A stretch of DNA of 64,000 nucleotides from Escherichia coli (GCF_003334315.1 NZ_QOWR01000007.1), one strand, 5' to 3'. Positions 1-14,763 are shown, counted from the first letter of the stretch. Numbers and translations: made by a program. Notes: generated by a model from the sequence alone, not told the origin.

Positions 1-802
<802 letters not shown>

Positions 803-820
803 CCTTTGAAAGGTGGCGGG

Positions 821-2158
821 ATGATGTATCGCATCAGAAATTGGTTGGTAGCGACGCTGCTGCTGCTGTGCACGCCGGTGGGTGCCGCGACGCTCTCTGA
901 TATTCAGGTTTCTAACGGTAATCAACAGGCGCGGATAACGTTGAGTTTTATTGGCGATCCTGATTATGCGTTTAGCCATCAAAGCAAACGCACCGTGGCG
1001 CTCGATATCAAACAAACGGGCGTGATTCAGGGACTGCCGTTGTTGTTCAGCGGTAATAATCTGGTGAAGGCGATTCGCTCTGGAACGCCTAAAGATGCAC
1101 AAACGCTACGGCTGGTGGTCGATCTTACCGAAAACGGTAAAACCGAAGCGGTGAAGCGACAGAATGGCAGCAATTACACTGTCGTCTTTACGATTAACGC
1201 CGATGTGCCGCCACCGCCTCCTCCGCCGCCCGTGGTTGCGAAACGCGTTGAAACGCCTGCGGTTGTCGCACCGCGCGTCAGCGAACCGGCGCGCAATCCG
1301 TTTAAAACGGAAAGTAACCGCACTACGGGTGTTATCAGCAGTAATACGGTAACGCGTCCGGCAGCGCGCGCGACGGCTAACACTGGCGATAAAATTATCA
1401 TCGCTATTGATGCCGGACACGGCGGTCAGGACCCTGGCGCTATCGGCCCCGGTGGTACGCGGGAGAAAAATGTTACCATCGCCATCGCGCGTAAATTGCG
1501 TACTTTGCTCAATGACGATCCGATGTTTAAAGGCGTTTTAACCCGTGACGGGGATTACTTTATCTCGGTGATGGGGCGCAGTGATGTGGCACGTAAGCAA
1601 AACGCCAATTTCCTCGTGTCGATTCACGCTGATGCCGCACCGAACCGCAGTGCGACTGGCGCTTCCGTATGGGTGCTCTCTAACCGTCGCGCCAACAGTG
1701 AAATGGCCAGCTGGCTGGAGCAGCACGAGAAACAGTCGGAGCTGCTGGGTGGGGCGGGTGATGTGCTGGCGAACAGTCAGTCTGACCCCTATTTAAGCCA
1801 GGCGGTGCTGGATTTACAGTTCGGTCATTCCCAGCGGGTAGGGTATGATGTAGCGACCAGTATGATCAGTCAGTTGCAACGCATTGGCGAAATACATAAA
1901 CGTCGACCAGAACACGCCAGCCTTGGCGTTCTGCGCTCGCCGGATATCCCATCAGTACTGGTCGAAACCGGTTTTATCAGCAACAACAGCGAAGAACGTT
2001 TGCTGGCGAGCGACGATTACCAACAACAGCTGGCAGAAGCCATTTACAAAGGCCTGCGCAATTACTTCCTTGCGCATCCGATGCAATCTGCGCCGCAGGG
2101 TGCAACGGCACAAACTGCCAGTACGGTGACGACGCCAGATCGCACGCTGCCAAACTAA
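821..2158 (+). CDS. amiB: N-acetylmuramoyl-L-alanine amidase AmiB
   Basis: 445 aa from ATG 821 (GGTGG Shine-Dalgarno upstream); signal peptide, proline-run linker, amidase_3 domain ([14 protein letters not shown]); the TTG at 806 in the ORF track was rejected as start. Confidence 0.92.
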
Positions 2159-2167
2159 GGACGATTG

Positions 2168-4015
2168 ATGCCAATTCAGGTCTTACCGCCACAACTGGCG
2201 AACCAGATTGCCGCAGGTGAGGTGGTCGAGCGACCTGCGTCGGTAGTCAAAGAACTAGTGGAAAACAGCCTCGATGCAGGTGCGACGCGTATCGATATTG
2301 ATATCGAACGCGGTGGGGCGAAACTTATCCGCATTCGTGATAACGGCTGCGGTATCAAAAAAGATGAGCTGGCGCTGGCGCTGGCTCGTCATGCCACCAG
2401 TAAAATCGCCTCTCTGGACGATCTCGAAGCCATTATCAGCCTGGGCTTTCGCGGTGAGGCGCTGGCGAGTATCAGTTCGGTTTCCCGCCTGACGCTCACT
2501 TCACGCACCGCAGAACAGCAGGAAGCCTGGCAGGCCTATGCCGAAGGGCGCGATATGAACGTGACGGTAAAACCGGCGGCGCATCCTGTGGGGACGACGC
2601 TGGAGGTGCTGGATCTGTTCTACAACACCCCGGCGCGGCGCAAATTCCTGCGCACCGAGAAAACCGAATTTAACCACATTGATGAGATCATCCGCCGCAT
2701 TGCGCTGGCGCGTTTCGACGTCACGATCAACCTGTCGCATAACGGTAAAATTGTGCGTCAGTACCGCGCAGTGCCGGAAGGCGGGCAAAAAGAACGGCGC
2801 TTAGGCGCGATTTGCGGCACCGCTTTTCTTGAACAAGCGCTGGCGATTGAATGGCAACACGGCGATCTCACGCTACGCGGCTGGGTGGCCGATCCAAATC
2901 ACACCACGCCCGCACTGGCAGAAATTCAGTATTGCTACGTGAACGGTCGCATGATGCGCGATCGCCTGATCAATCACGCGATCCGCCAGGCCTGCGAAGA
3001 CAAACTGGGGGCCGATCAGCAACCGGCATTTGTGTTGTATCTGGAGATCGACCCACATCAGGTGGACGTCAACGTGCACCCCGGCAAACACGAAGTGCGT
3101 TTCCATCAGTCGCGTCTGGTGCATGATTTTATCTATCAGGGCGTGCTGAGCGTGCTACAACAGCAACTGGAAACGCCGCTACCGCTGGACGATGAACCCC
3201 AACCTGCACCGCGTTCCATTCCGGAAAACCGCGTGGCGGCGGGGCGCAATCACTTTGCAGAACCGGCAGCTCGTGAGCCGGTAGCTCCGCGCTACACTCC
3301 TGCGCCAGCATCAGGCAGTCGTCCGGCTGCCCCCTGGCCGAATGCGCAGCCAGGCTACCAGAAACAGCAAGGTGAAGTGTATCGCCAGCTTTTGCAAACG
3401 CCCGCGCCGATGCAAAAATTAAAAGCGCCGGAACCGCAGGAACCTGCACTTGCGGCGAACAGTCAGAGTTTTGGTCGGGTACTGACTATCGTCCATTCCG
3501 ACTGTGCGTTGCTGGAGCGCGACGGCAACATTTCACTTTTATCCTTGCCAGTGGCAGAACGTTGGCTGCGTCAGGCACAATTGACGCCGGGTGAAGCGCC
3601 CGTTTGCGCCCAGCCGCTGCTGATTCCGTTGCGGCTAAAAGTTTCTGCCGAAGAAAAATCGGCATTAGAAAAAGCGCAGTCTGCCCTGGCGGAATTGGGT
3701 ATTGATTTCCAGTCAGATGCACAGCATGTGACCATCAGGGCAGTGCCTTTACCCTTACGCCAACAAAATTTACAAATCTTGATTCCTGAACTGATAGGCT
3801 ACCTGGCGAAGCAGTCCGTATTCGAACCTGGCAATATTGCGCAGTGGATTGCACGAAATCTGATGAGCGAACATGCGCAGTGGTCAATGGCACAGGCCAT
3901 AACCCTGCTGGCGGACGTGGAACGGTTATGTCCGCAACTTGTGAAAACGCCGCCGGGTGGTCTGTTACAATCTGTTGATTTACATCCGGCGATAAAAGCC
4001 CTGAAAGATGAGTGA
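2168..4015 (+). CDS. mutL: DNA mismatch repair protein MutL
   Basis: 615 aa, [23 protein letters not shown]... GHKL ATPase N-terminus; the 8-bp overlap with miaA is the known arrangement. Confidence 0.95.
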
Positions 4016-4958
4016 TATCAGTAAGGCGAGCCTGCCTAAGGCGATTTTTTTGATGGGGCCGACGGCCTCCGGTAAAACGGCGTTAGCCATTGAGCTGCGT
4101 AAAATTTTACCAGTAGAGTTGATAAGCGTTGATTCTGCCCTTATTTACAAAGGGATGGATATCGGGACGGCGAAGCCGAACGCTGAAGAGTTACTCGCCG
4201 CGCCGCACCGATTGCTGGATATTCGCGATCCGTCGCAGGCTTACTCGGCTGCTGATTTTCGCCGCGATGCGCTGGCGGAAATGGCCGATATCACCGCGGC
4301 GGGGCGGATCCCACTGTTAGTGGGCGGTACGATGTTGTATTTCAAGGCATTGCTGGAAGGGTTGTCGCCGCTACCGTCGGCAGACCCGGAAGTACGGGCT
4401 AGAATTGAGCAACAGGCGGCAGAGCAAGGTTGGGAGTCATTGCATCGTCAACTTCAGGAGGTAGATCCGGTTGCGGCAGCAAGGATTCATCCAAATGATC
4501 CACAAAGGCTTTCCCGGGCACTGGAAGTTTTTTTCATTTCGGGTAAAACTTTAACGGAACTGACGCAAACGTCAGGAGACGCTCTACCGTATCAGGTGCA
4601 TCAGTTCGCCATCGCCCCGGCGAGCCGTGAACTGCTCCATCAACGCATTGAGCAGCGTTTTCATCAGATGTTGGCTTCAGGTTTTGAAGCAGAAGTCCGG
4701 GCGCTTTTTGCCCGAGGAGATTTGCATACGGACTTGCCTTCCATTCGTTGCGTGGGTTATCGCCAGATGTGGTCTTACCTTGAAGGCGAAATCTCATACG
4801 ATGAAATGGTTTATCGAGGTGTTTGCGCCACGAGACAGTTGGCGAAGCGGCAGATAACCTGGCTGCGTGGTTGGGAAGGGGTTCACTGGCTTGACAGTGA
4901 AAAACCAGAACAGGCGCGTGACGAAGTATTACAGGTTGTTGGTGCTATCGCAGGCTGA
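4008..4958 (+). CDS. miaA: tRNA dimethylallyltransferase MiaA
   Basis: 316 aa, P-loop GPTASGKT near N-terminus; hfq immediately downstream. Confidence 0.95.
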
Positions 4959-5031
4959 ATGTGTACAATTGAGACGTATCGTGCGCAATTTTTTCAGAAT
5001 CGAAAGGTTCAAAGTACAAATAAGCATATAA

Positions 5032-5371
<340 letters not shown>

Positions 5372-5427
5372 ACACGGGGAGCCAGCGATCCTGCGTTCCC
5401 CGCTGATCTATTTAGAGGGTTATACGC

Positions 5428-6708
5428 TTGTTTGACCGTTATGATGCTGGTGAGCAGGCGGTACTGGTACACATCTATTTTACGCAAGACAAAGATATGG
5501 AAGACCTCCAGGAGTTTGAATCTCTGGTCTCTTCCGCCGGTGTCGAAGCATTGCAGGTGATTACCGGTAGCCGTAAAGCGCCGCACCCAAAGTATTTTGT
5601 AGGTGAAGGTAAAGCAGTTGAAATTGCGGAAGCTGTCAAAGCGACGGGTGCTTCGGTCGTTCTTTTTGACCATGCCCTGAGCCCGGCGCAAGAGCGTAAC
5701 CTGGAGCGTTTGTGCGAGTGTCGTGTTATCGACCGCACCGGCCTTATTTTAGATATTTTCGCCCAACGTGCGCGTACCCATGAGGGTAAGTTGCAGGTTG
5801 AGCTGGCGCAGCTGCGCCATCTGGCTACGCGCCTGGTGCGTGGCTGGACCCACCTTGAAAGACAGAAAGGCGGGATAGGTTTGCGTGGTCCGGGTGAAAC
5901 CCAGCTCGAAACCGACCGTCGTTTGTTGCGTAATCGCATCGTGCAGATACAGTCGCGCCTGGAAAGAGTTGAAAAGCAGCGTGAGCAGGGGCGGCAATCG
6001 CGTATCAAAGCCGACGTTCCTACTGTTTCGCTGGTGGGATATACCAACGCCGGTAAATCTACCCTTTTCAATCGCATCACCGAAGCGCGGGTCTACGCGG
6101 CAGACCAGTTGTTTGCCACCCTCGACCCGACGTTGCGGCGTATTGACGTTGCAGATGTCGGTGAAACCGTACTTGCAGATACCGTAGGGTTTATTCGCCA
6201 CCTGCCGCACGATCTGGTGGCGGCATTTAAAGCCACGTTACAAGAGACGCGGCAAGCCACATTACTGCTGCACGTCATTGATGCGGCGGATGTGCGTGTA
6301 CAAGAAAACATCGAAGCGGTGAATACGGTTCTTGAAGAGATCGACGCTCACGAGATCCCAACCCTGCTGGTGATGAACAAGATCGATATGCTGGAAGATT
6401 TCGAACCGCGTATTGATCGGGACGAAGAGAACAAACCGATCCGTGTCTGGCTTTCCGCACAGACCGGAGCGGGGATACCACAGCTTTTTCAGGCTTTGAC
6501 GGAGCGGCTTTCCGGCGAGGTGGCGCAGCATACATTGCGTCTGCCACCGCAGGAAGGGCGTCTGAGAAGTCGTTTTTATCAGCTTCAGGCAATAGAAAAA
6601 GAGTGGATGGAGGAGGACGGCAGCGTAAGTCTGCAAGTTCGTATGCCGATCGTTGACTGGCGTCGCCTCTGTAAACAAGAACCGGCGTTGATCGATTACC
6701 TGATCTAA
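5428..6708 (+). CDS. hflX: GTPase HflX
   Basis: 426 aa, TTG start with AGAGGG Shine-Dalgarno; G-domain motif GYTNAGKST. Confidence 0.93.
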   Translation: MFDRYDAGEQAVLVHIYFTQDKDMEDLQEFESLVSSAGVEALQVITGSRKAPHPKYFVGEGKAVEIAEAVKATGASVVLFDHALSPAQERNLERLCECRVIDRTGLILDIFAQRARTHEGKLQVELAQLRHLATRLVRGWTHLERQKGGIGLRGPGETQLETDRRLLRNRIVQIQSRLERVEKQREQGRQSRIKADVPTVSLVGYTNAGKSTLFNRITEARVYAADQLFATLDPTLRRIDVADVGETVLADTVGFIRHLPHDLVAAFKATLQETRQATLLLHVIDAADVRVQENIEAVNTVLEEIDAHEIPTLLVMNKIDMLEDFEPRIDRDEENKPIRVWLSAQTGAGIPQLFQALTERLSGEVAQHTLRLPPQEGRLRSRFYQLQAIEKEWMEEDGSVSLQVRMPIVDWRRLCKQEPALIDYLI

Positions 6709-6793
6709 CGGCGTAGCGTCTGAAGCGTGGAGTCATATCCTCTGGCGTCGAAAGACAACAGGGATCACCGCATAACAAATATGGAGCACAAAC

Positions 6794-8053
6794 ATGGCGT
6801 GGAATCAGCCCGGTAATAACGGACAAGACCGCGACCCGTGGGGAAGCAGCAAACCTGGCGGCAACTCTGAGGGAAATGGAAACAAAGGCGGTCGCGATCA
6901 AGGGCCACCTGATTTAGATGATATCTTCCGCAAACTGAGCAAAAAGCTCGGTGGTCTGGGCGGCGGTAAAGGCACCGGATCTGGCGGTGGCAGTTCATCG
7001 CAAGGCCCGCGCCCGCAGCTTGGCGGTCGTGTCGTTACCATCGCAGCGGCAGCGATTGTCATTATCTGGGCGGCCAGTGGTTTCTATACCATTAAAGAAG
7101 CCGAACGCGGCGTGGTAACACGCTTTGGTAAATTCAGCCATCTGGTTGAGCCGGGTCTGAACTGGAAACCGACGTTTATCGACGAAGTCAAACCGGTGAA
7201 CGTGGAAGCCGTGCGTGAACTGGCCGCTTCTGGTGTGATGCTGACGTCGGACGAGAACGTAGTGCGCGTTGAGATGAACGTGCAGTACCGCGTCACCAAT
7301 CCGGAAAAATATCTGTATAGCGTGACCAGCCCGGATGACAGCCTGCGTCAGGCTACCGACAGCGCCCTGCGTGGAGTTATCGGTAAATACACCATGGACC
7401 GCATTCTGACGGAAGGTCGTACCGTGATTCGTAGCGATACTCAGCGCGAACTGGAAGAGACGATTCGTCCGTATGACATGGGTATCACGCTGCTGGACGT
7501 CAACTTCCAGGCTGCTCGTCCGCCGGAAGAAGTAAAAGCGGCGTTTGACGATGCGATTGCTGCGCGTGAAAACGAACAGCAATACATTCGTGAAGCAGAA
7601 GCGTATACCAACGAAGTTCAGCCGCGTGCGAACGGTCAGGCGCAACGTATCCTCGAAGAGGCGCGTGCGTACAAGGCCCAGACCATCCTGGAAGCTCAGG
7701 GTGAAGTGGCGCGCTTTGCTAAACTTCTGCCGGAATATAAAGCCGCGCCGGAAATTACTCGCGAGCGTCTGTATATCGAGACGATGGAAAAAGTGTTGGG
7801 TAACACCCGCAAAGTGCTGGTTAACGATAAAGGTGGCAACCTGATGGTTCTGCCGTTAGACCAGATGCTGAAAGGTGGTAACGCCCCTGCGGCGAAGAGC
7901 GATAACGGTGCCAGCAATCTGCTGCGTCTGCCGCCAGCCTCTTCCTCCACAACCAGTGGAGCAAGCAACACGTCGTCCACCAGTCAGGGCGATATTATGG
8001 ACCAACGCCGCGCCAACGCGCAGCGTAACGACTACCAGCGTCAGGGGGAATAA
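6794..8053 (+). CDS. hflK: FtsH protease modulator HflK
   Basis: 419 aa, Gly-rich N-terminal tail, single TM helix, SPFH/band-7 domain. Confidence 0.93.
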   Translation: MAWNQPGNNGQDRDPWGSSKPGGNSEGNGNKGGRDQGPPDLDDIFRKLSKKLGGLGGGKGTGSGGGSSSQGPRPQLGGRVVTIAAAAIVIIWAASGFYTIKEAERGVVTRFGKFSHLVEPGLNWKPTFIDEVKPVNVEAVRELAASGVMLTSDENVVRVEMNVQYRVTNPEKYLYSVTSPDDSLRQATDSALRGVIGKYTMDRILTEGRTVIRSDTQRELEETIRPYDMGITLLDVNFQAARPPEEVKAAFDDAIAARENEQQYIREAEAYTNEVQPRANGQAQRILEEARAYKAQTILEAQGEVARFAKLLPEYKAAPEITRERLYIETMEKVLGNTRKVLVNDKGGNLMVLPLDQMLKGGNAPAAKSDNGASNLLRLPPASSSTTSGASNTSSTSQGDIMDQRRANAQRNDYQRQGE

Positions 8054-8055
8054 CG

Positions 8056-9060
8056 ATGCGTAAGTCAGTTATCGCGATTATCATCATCGTGCTGGTAGTG
8101 CTTTACATGTCTGTCTTTGTCGTCAAAGAAGGTGAGCGCGGTATTACGCTGCGTTTTGGTAAGGTACTGCGTGACGATGACAACAAACCTCTGGTTTATG
8201 AGCCGGGTCTGCATTTCAAGATACCGTTCATTGAAACGGTGAAAATGCTCGACGCACGTATTCAGACCATGGACAACCAGGCCGACCGCTTTGTGACCAA
8301 AGAGAAGAAAGACCTGATCGTCGACTCTTACATCAAATGGCGCATCAGCGATTTCAGCCGTTACTACCTGGCAACGGGTGGTGGCGACATTTCGCAAGCG
8401 GAAGTGCTGTTGAAACGTAAGTTCTCTGACCGTCTGCGTTCTGAAATTGGTCGCCTGGACGTGAAAGATATCGTCACCGATTCCCGTGGTCGTCTGACCC
8501 TCGAAGTACGTGACGCGCTGAACTCCGGTTCTGCGGGTACAGAAGATGAAGTTACTACCCCGGCGGCAGATAACGCCATTGCCGAAGCGGCAGAGCGCGT
8601 AACGGCTGAGACGAAGGGCAAAGTTCCGGTCATCAACCCGAACAGTATGGCGGCGCTGGGTATTGAAGTTGTCGATGTGCGAATTAAGCAGATCAACCTG
8701 CCTACCGAAGTGTCTGAAGCGATCTACAACCGTATGCGCGCCGAGCGTGAAGCGGTAGCGCGTCGTCACCGTTCACAAGGTCAGGAAGAAGCGGAAAAAC
8801 TGCGCGCGACTGCCGACTATGAAGTGACCAGAACGCTGGCAGAAGCTGAGCGTCAGGGCCGTATCATGCGTGGTGAAGGCGATGCCGAAGCAGCCAAACT
8901 GTTTGCTGATGCATTCAGTAAAGATCCGGACTTCTACGCATTCATCCGTAGCCTGCGTGCTTATGAGAACAGCTTCTCTGGCAATCAGGACGTGATGGTC
9001 ATGAGCCCGGATAGCGATTTCTTCCGCTACATGAAGACGCCGACTTCCGCAACGCGTTAA
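8056..9060 (+). CDS. hflC: FtsH protease modulator HflC
   Basis: 334 aa, TM helix plus SPFH domain; starts 3 bp after hflK. Confidence 0.93.
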   Translation: MRKSVIAIIIIVLVVLYMSVFVVKEGERGITLRFGKVLRDDDNKPLVYEPGLHFKIPFIETVKMLDARIQTMDNQADRFVTKEKKDLIVDSYIKWRISDFSRYYLATGGGDISQAEVLLKRKFSDRLRSEIGRLDVKDIVTDSRGRLTLEVRDALNSGSAGTEDEVTTPAADNAIAEAAERVTAETKGKVPVINPNSMAALGIEVVDVRIKQINLPTEVSEAIYNRMRAEREAVARRHRSQGQEEAEKLRATADYEVTRTLAEAERQGRIMRGEGDAEAAKLFADAFSKDPDFYAFIRSLRAYENSFSGNQDVMVMSPDSDFFRYMKTPTSATR

Positions 9061-9089
9061 TATAACGACTGCGGTACAGGTCAATAAAG

Positions 9090-9126
9090 CCACCGCATCC
9101 TCAGGGATGTCGGTGGTTTTCTTTTT
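9090..9126 (+). terminator. intrinsic terminator after hflC
   Basis: GC-rich stem ccaccgcatcc/ggatgtcggtgg followed by ttttcttttt. Confidence 0.55.
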
Positions 9127-9141
9127 CTATAAGGATAATGA

Positions 9142-9340
9142 ATGAATTCGACAATCTGGCTGGCGCTTGCCCTGGTTTTGGTACTGGAAGGTTTAGGGCC
9201 GATGCTTTACCCGAAGGCATGGAAGAAGATGATCATCTGCGATGACCAATTTGCCCGATAATATTTTACGTCGTTTTGGCGGTGGACTTGTGGTTGCGGG
9301 CGTTGTGGTCTACTACATGTTGAGGAAAACGATTAGCTGA
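9142..9340 (+). pseudogene. yjeT: yjeT (DUF2065 small membrane protein) interrupted by a +1 frameshift
   Basis: ATG 9142 encodes MNSTIWLALALVLVLEGLGPMLYPKAWKKMI then stops at 9259-9261; the +1 frame continues MTNLPDNILRRFGGGLVVAGVVVYYMLRKTIS to TGA 9338-9340. Deleting one A near 9235 joins them into a 65-codon ORF. Confidence 0.6.
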
Positions 9341-9440
9341 ACAAAAAACAGACTGATCGAGGTCATTTTTGAGTGCAAAAAGTGCTGTAACTCTGAAAAA
9401 GCGATGGTAGAATCCATTTTTAAGCAAACGGTGATTTTGA

Positions 9441-10742
<1,302 letters not shown>

Positions 10743-10946
10743 TTCTGGTACGCCTGGCAGATATTTTGCCTGCCGGGCTAACAGTGTGATACATTGCTGT
10801 GTCGGTTAAGCCATTACGCTATCCGACACAGTGTTAAATCCTCGCTTTTTTCCTTCCCCGAACTGAAATAAATTAGCGACACAGCTTGTGGCTGGTTTAT
10901 CATCAATATAAATGTATTTTTTCCCGATTTCCCTTTTGAGGTTGAT

Positions 10947-11372
10947 GTGCAGTTAACGAGTTTCACTGATTACGGATTACGTGCGCTGATCTACATGGCG
11001 TCATTGCCAGAAGGGCGGATGACCAGTATTTCTGAAGTGACTGACGTCTACGGCGTCTCCCGTAATCATATGGTCAAAATAATCAATCAACTTAGTCGTG
11101 CCGGCTACGTGACTGCTGTTCGTGGAAAAAATGGCGGCATTCGCCTGGGTAAATCGGCGAGTGCGATACGTATTGGTGATGTGGTGCGCGAGCTGGAGCC
11201 CTTATCGCTGGTGAATTGCAGCAGTGAGTTTTGCCACATTACACCTGCCTGTCGGTTGAAACAGGCGCTTTCTAAGGCCGTGCAAAGTTTTCTTACGGAA
11301 CTGGATAACTACACGCTTGCCGATTTGGTTGAAGAGAATCAACCGCTTTATAAATTATTGCTGGTGGAGTGA
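10947..11372 (+). CDS. nsrR: NO-sensing Rrf2-family repressor NsrR
   Basis: 141 aa, GTG start with GAGG Shine-Dalgarno; Rrf2 HTH; Cys residues for Fe-S cluster near C-terminus; immediately upstream of rnr. Confidence 0.9.
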   Translation: MQLTSFTDYGLRALIYMASLPEGRMTSISEVTDVYGVSRNHMVKIINQLSRAGYVTAVRGKNGGIRLGKSASAIRIGDVVRELEPLSLVNCSSEFCHITPACRLKQALSKAVQSFLTELDNYTLADLVEENQPLYKLLLVE

Positions 11373-11410
11373 CGAAAATCTTCATCAGAGATGACAACGG
11401 AGGAACCGAG

Positions 11411-13852
11411 ATGTCACAAGATCCTTTCCAGGAACGCGAAGCTGAAAAATACGCGAATCCCATCCCTAGTCGGGAATTTATCCTCGAACATTTAACCAAA
11501 CGTGAAAAACCGGCCAGCCGTGATGAGCTGGCGGTAGAACTGCACATTGAAGGCGAAGAGCAGCTTGAAGGCCTGCGTCGCCGCCTGCGCGCGATGGAGC
11601 GCGATGGTCAACTGGTCTTCACTCGTCGTCAGTGCTATGCGCTGCCGGAACGCCTCGACCTGGTGAAAGGTACCGTTATTGGCCACCGTGATGGCTACGG
11701 CTTTCTGCGGGTTGAAGGGCGTAAAGATGATTTGTATCTCTCCAGCGAGCAGATGAAAACCTGCATTCATGGCGATCAGGTGCTGGCGCAGCCGCTGGGC
11801 GCTGACCGTAAAGGTCGTCGTGAAGCGCGTATTGTCCGCGTACTGGTGCCAAAAACCAGCCAGATTGTTGGTCGCTACTTTACTGAAGCGGGCGTCGGCT
11901 TTGTGGTTCCTGACGATAGCCGTCTGAGCTTCGATATCTTAATCCCGCCCGATCAGATCATGGGCGCGCGGATGGGCTTTGTGGTCGTAGTCGAACTGAC
12001 TCAGCGTCCGACTCGCCGCACCAAAGCGGTGGGTAAAATCGTCGAAGTGCTGGGCGACAATATGGGCACCGGCATGGCGGTTGATATCGCTCTGCGTACC
12101 CATGAAATTCCGTACATCTGGCCGCAGGCTGTTGAGCAACAGGTTGCCGGGCTGAAAGAAGAAGTGCCGGAAGAAGCAAAAGCGGGCCGTGTTGATCTGC
12201 GCGATTTACCGCTGGTCACCATTGATGGCGAAGACGCCCGTGACTTTGACGATGCAGTTTACTGCGAGAAAAAACGCGGCGGCGGCTGGCGTTTATGGGT
12301 CGCGATTGCCGACGTCAGCTACTATGTGCGTCCGCCAACGCCGCTGGACAGAGAAGCGCGTAACCGTGGCACGTCGGTGTACTTCCCTTCGCAGGTTATC
12401 CCGATGTTGCCGGAAGTGCTCTCTAACGGCCTGTGTTCGCTCAACCCGCAGGTAGACCGCCTGTGTATGGTGTGCGAGATGACGGTTTCGTCGAAAGGCC
12501 GCCTGACGGGCTACAAATTCTACGAAGCGGTGATGAGCTCTCACGCGCGTCTGACCTACACCAAAGTCTGGCATATTCTGCAGGGCGATCAGGATCTGCG
12601 CGAGCAGTACGCCCCGCTGGTTAAGCATCTCGAAGAGTTGCATAACCTCTATAAAGTGCTGGATAAAGCCCGTGAAGAACGCGGTGGGATCTCATTTGAG
12701 AGCGAAGAAGCGAAGTTCATTTTCAACGCTGAACGCCGTATTGAACGTATCGAACAGACCCAGCGTAACGACGCGCACAAATTAATTGAAGAGTGCATGA
12801 TTCTGGCGAATATCTCGGCGGCGCGTTTCGTTGAGAAAGCGAAAGAACCGGCACTGTTCCGTATTCACGACAAGCCGAGCACCGAAGCGATTACCTCTTT
12901 CCGTTCAGTGCTGGCGGAGCTGGGGCTGGAACTGCCGGGCGGTAACAAGCCGGAACCGCGTGACTACGCGGAGCTGCTGGAGTCGGTTGCCGATCGTCCT
13001 GATGCAGAAATGCTGCAAACCATGCTGCTGCGCTCGATGAAACAGGCGATTTACGATCCAGAAAACCGTGGTCACTTTGGCCTGGCATTGCAGTCCTATG
13101 CGCACTTTACTTCGCCGATTCGTCGTTATCCAGACCTGACGCTGCACCGCGCCATTAAATATCTGCTGGCGAAAGAGCAGGGGCATCAGGGCAACACCAC
13201 TGAAACCGGCGGCTACCATTATTCGATGGAAGAGATGCTGCAACTGGGTCAGCACTGTTCGATGGCGGAACGTCGTGCCGACGAAGCAACGCGCGATGTG
13301 GCTGACTGGCTGAAGTGTGACTTCATGCTCGACCAGGTAGGTAACGTCTTTAAAGGCGTAATTTCCAGCGTCACTGGCTTTGGCTTCTTCGTCCGTCTGG
13401 ACGACTTGTTCATTGATGGTCTGGTCCATGTCTCTTCGCTGGACAATGACTACTATCGCTTTGACCAGGTAGGGCAACGCCTGATGGGGGAATCCAGCGG
13501 CCAGACTTATCGCCTGGGCGATCGCGTGGAAGTTCGCGTCGAAGCGGTTAATATGGACGAGCGCAAAATCGACTTTAGCCTGATCTCCAGCGAACGCGCA
13601 CCGCGCAACGTCGGTAAAACGGCGCGCGAGAAAGCGAAAAAAGGCGATGCAGGTAAAAAAGGCGGCAAGCGTCGTCAGGTCGGTAAAAAGGTAAACTTTG
13701 AGCCAGACAGCGCCTTCCGCGGTGAGAAAAAAACGAAGCCGAAAGCGGCGAAGAAAGACGCGAGAAAAGCGAAAAAGCCATCGGCGAAAACGCAGAAAAT
13801 AGCTGCAGCGACCAAAGCGAAGCGTGCGGCGAAGAAAAAAGTGGCAGAGTGA
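11411..13852 (+). CDS. rnr: ribonuclease R
   Basis: 813 aa from ATG 11411 (GGAGG upstream); RNB domain, S1 domain, lysine-rich C-terminal tail. Confidence 0.95.
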   Translation: MSQDPFQEREAEKYANPIPSREFILEHLTKREKPASRDELAVELHIEGEEQLEGLRRRLRAMERDGQLVFTRRQCYALPERLDLVKGTVIGHRDGYGFLRVEGRKDDLYLSSEQMKTCIHGDQVLAQPLGADRKGRREARIVRVLVPKTSQIVGRYFTEAGVGFVVPDDSRLSFDILIPPDQIMGARMGFVVVVELTQRPTRRTKAVGKIVEVLGDNMGTGMAVDIALRTHEIPYIWPQAVEQQVAGLKEEVPEEAKAGRVDLRDLPLVTIDGEDARDFDDAVYCEKKRGGGWRLWVAIADVSYYVRPPTPLDREARNRGTSVYFPSQVIPMLPEVLSNGLCSLNPQVDRLCMVCEMTVSSKGRLTGYKFYEAVMSSHARLTYTKVWHILQGDQDLREQYAPLVKHLEELHNLYKVLDKAREERGGISFESEEAKFIFNAERRIERIEQTQRNDAHKLIEECMILANISAARFVEKAKEPALFRIHDKPSTEAITSFRSVLAELGLELPGGNKPEPRDYAELLESVADRPDAEMLQTMLLRSMKQAIYDPENRGHFGLALQSYAHFTSPIRRYPDLTLHRAIKYLLAKEQGHQGNTTETGGYHYSMEEMLQLGQHCSMAERRADEATRDVADWLKCDFMLDQVGNVFKGVISSVTGFGFFVRLDDLFIDGLVHVSSLDNDYYRFDQVGQRLMGESSGQTYRLGDRVEVRVEAVNMDERKIDFSLISSERAPRNVGKTAREKAKKGDAGKKGGKRRQVGKKVNFEPDSAFRGEKKTKPKAAKKDARKAKKPSAKTQKIAAATKAKRAAKKKVAE

Positions 13853-13909
13853 TCAATACCCTCTTTAAAAGAAGAGGGTTAGATTGCTGACAAAATGCGC
13901 TTTGTTCAT

Positions 13910-14007
13910 GCCGGATGCGGCGTGAACGCCTTATCCGGCCTACATAATCACGCAAATTCAATATATTGCAGAGATCATGTAGGCCGGATAAACGTAGTGC
14001 ATCAGGC
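13910..14007. repeat. REP/BIME element (two inverted REP units) between rnr and rlmB
   Basis: gccggatgcggcgtgaacgccttatccggcctac ... gtaggccggataaacgtagtgcatcaggc. Confidence 0.7.
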
Positions 14008-14031
14008 AAAACGTAAACAACGAGTACATTA

Positions 14032-14763
14032 ATGAGCGAAATGATTTACGGCATCCACGCAGTGCAGGCCCTGCTGGAGCGCGCCCCTGAACGTTTTCAG
14101 GAAGTCTTTATTTTAAAAGGCCGTGAAGATAAACGTCTGTTACCGCTGATTCACGCCCTTGAGTCTCAGGGCGTGGTTATCCAGTTGGCAAACCGCCAAT
14201 ATCTCGACGAGAAAAGCGACGGTGCCGTGCATCAGGGCATTATCGCCCGCGTGAAGCCAGGACGTCAGTATCAGGAAAACGATCTGCCGGATCTGATCGC
14301 TTCGCTCGATCAACCGTTCCTGCTGATCCTCGACGGCGTAACCGATCCGCACAACCTCGGCGCGTGCCTGCGTAGTGCGGACGCCGCAGGCGTTCATGCG
14401 GTGATTGTGCCGAAAGATCGCTCCGCACAGCTCAACGCTACGGCGAAAAAAGTAGCCTGCGGCGCGGCAGAAAGCGTTCCGCTGATTCGGGTGACTAACC
14501 TTGCGCGCACCATGCGTATGTTGCAGGAAGAGAATATCTGGATCGTCGGTACGGCAGGCGAGGCGGATCATACACTCTATCAGAGCAAAATGACCGGACG
14601 CCTGGCGCTGGTGATGGGTGCGGAAGGTGAAGGTATGCGTCGCCTGACTCGTGAACATTGCGATGAGTTGATCAGCATCCCGATGGCTGGAAGCGTTTCT
14701 TCCCTGAACGTTTCGGTTGCGACCGGAATTTGCTTATTTGAAGCGGTGCGCCAGCGCAGCTAA
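14032..14763 (+). CDS. rlmB: 23S rRNA (Gm2251) 2'-O-methyltransferase RlmB
   Basis: 243 aa, SpoU/TrmH methyltransferase motifs. Confidence 0.93.

Noticed and set aside
806-820. N-terminal extensions from TTG or upstream starts in the ORF track (amiB 806, aidB 19014, TetR 39022, ulaD 26838, yjfC 17656, yjfL 16655, fklB 40483, ytfK 49923 and others)
   Set aside because: Downstream ATG/GTG starts have better Shine-Dalgarno spacing, give the protein N-termini I recognise, and avoid overlap with upstream genes.
1207-1230. Proline codon run that looks like a low-complexity repeat
   Set aside because: In frame within amiB, encoding an eight-proline linker; not a repeat element.
6275-6901. 208-aa minus-strand ORF spanning the hflX-hflK junction
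   Set aside because: Antisense to two well-supported genes; no independent support.
10798-10851. Inverted repeat gtgtcgg...ccgacac after purA as a terminator
   Set aside because: The T-run is separated from the stem by ~15 nt; could equally be part of the nsrR promoter region.
12905-13477. 190-aa minus-strand ORF
   Set aside because: Antisense within rnr; the same reasoning applies to 9615-10142 in purA, 42192-42887 in cycA and 26949-27680 in ulaD.
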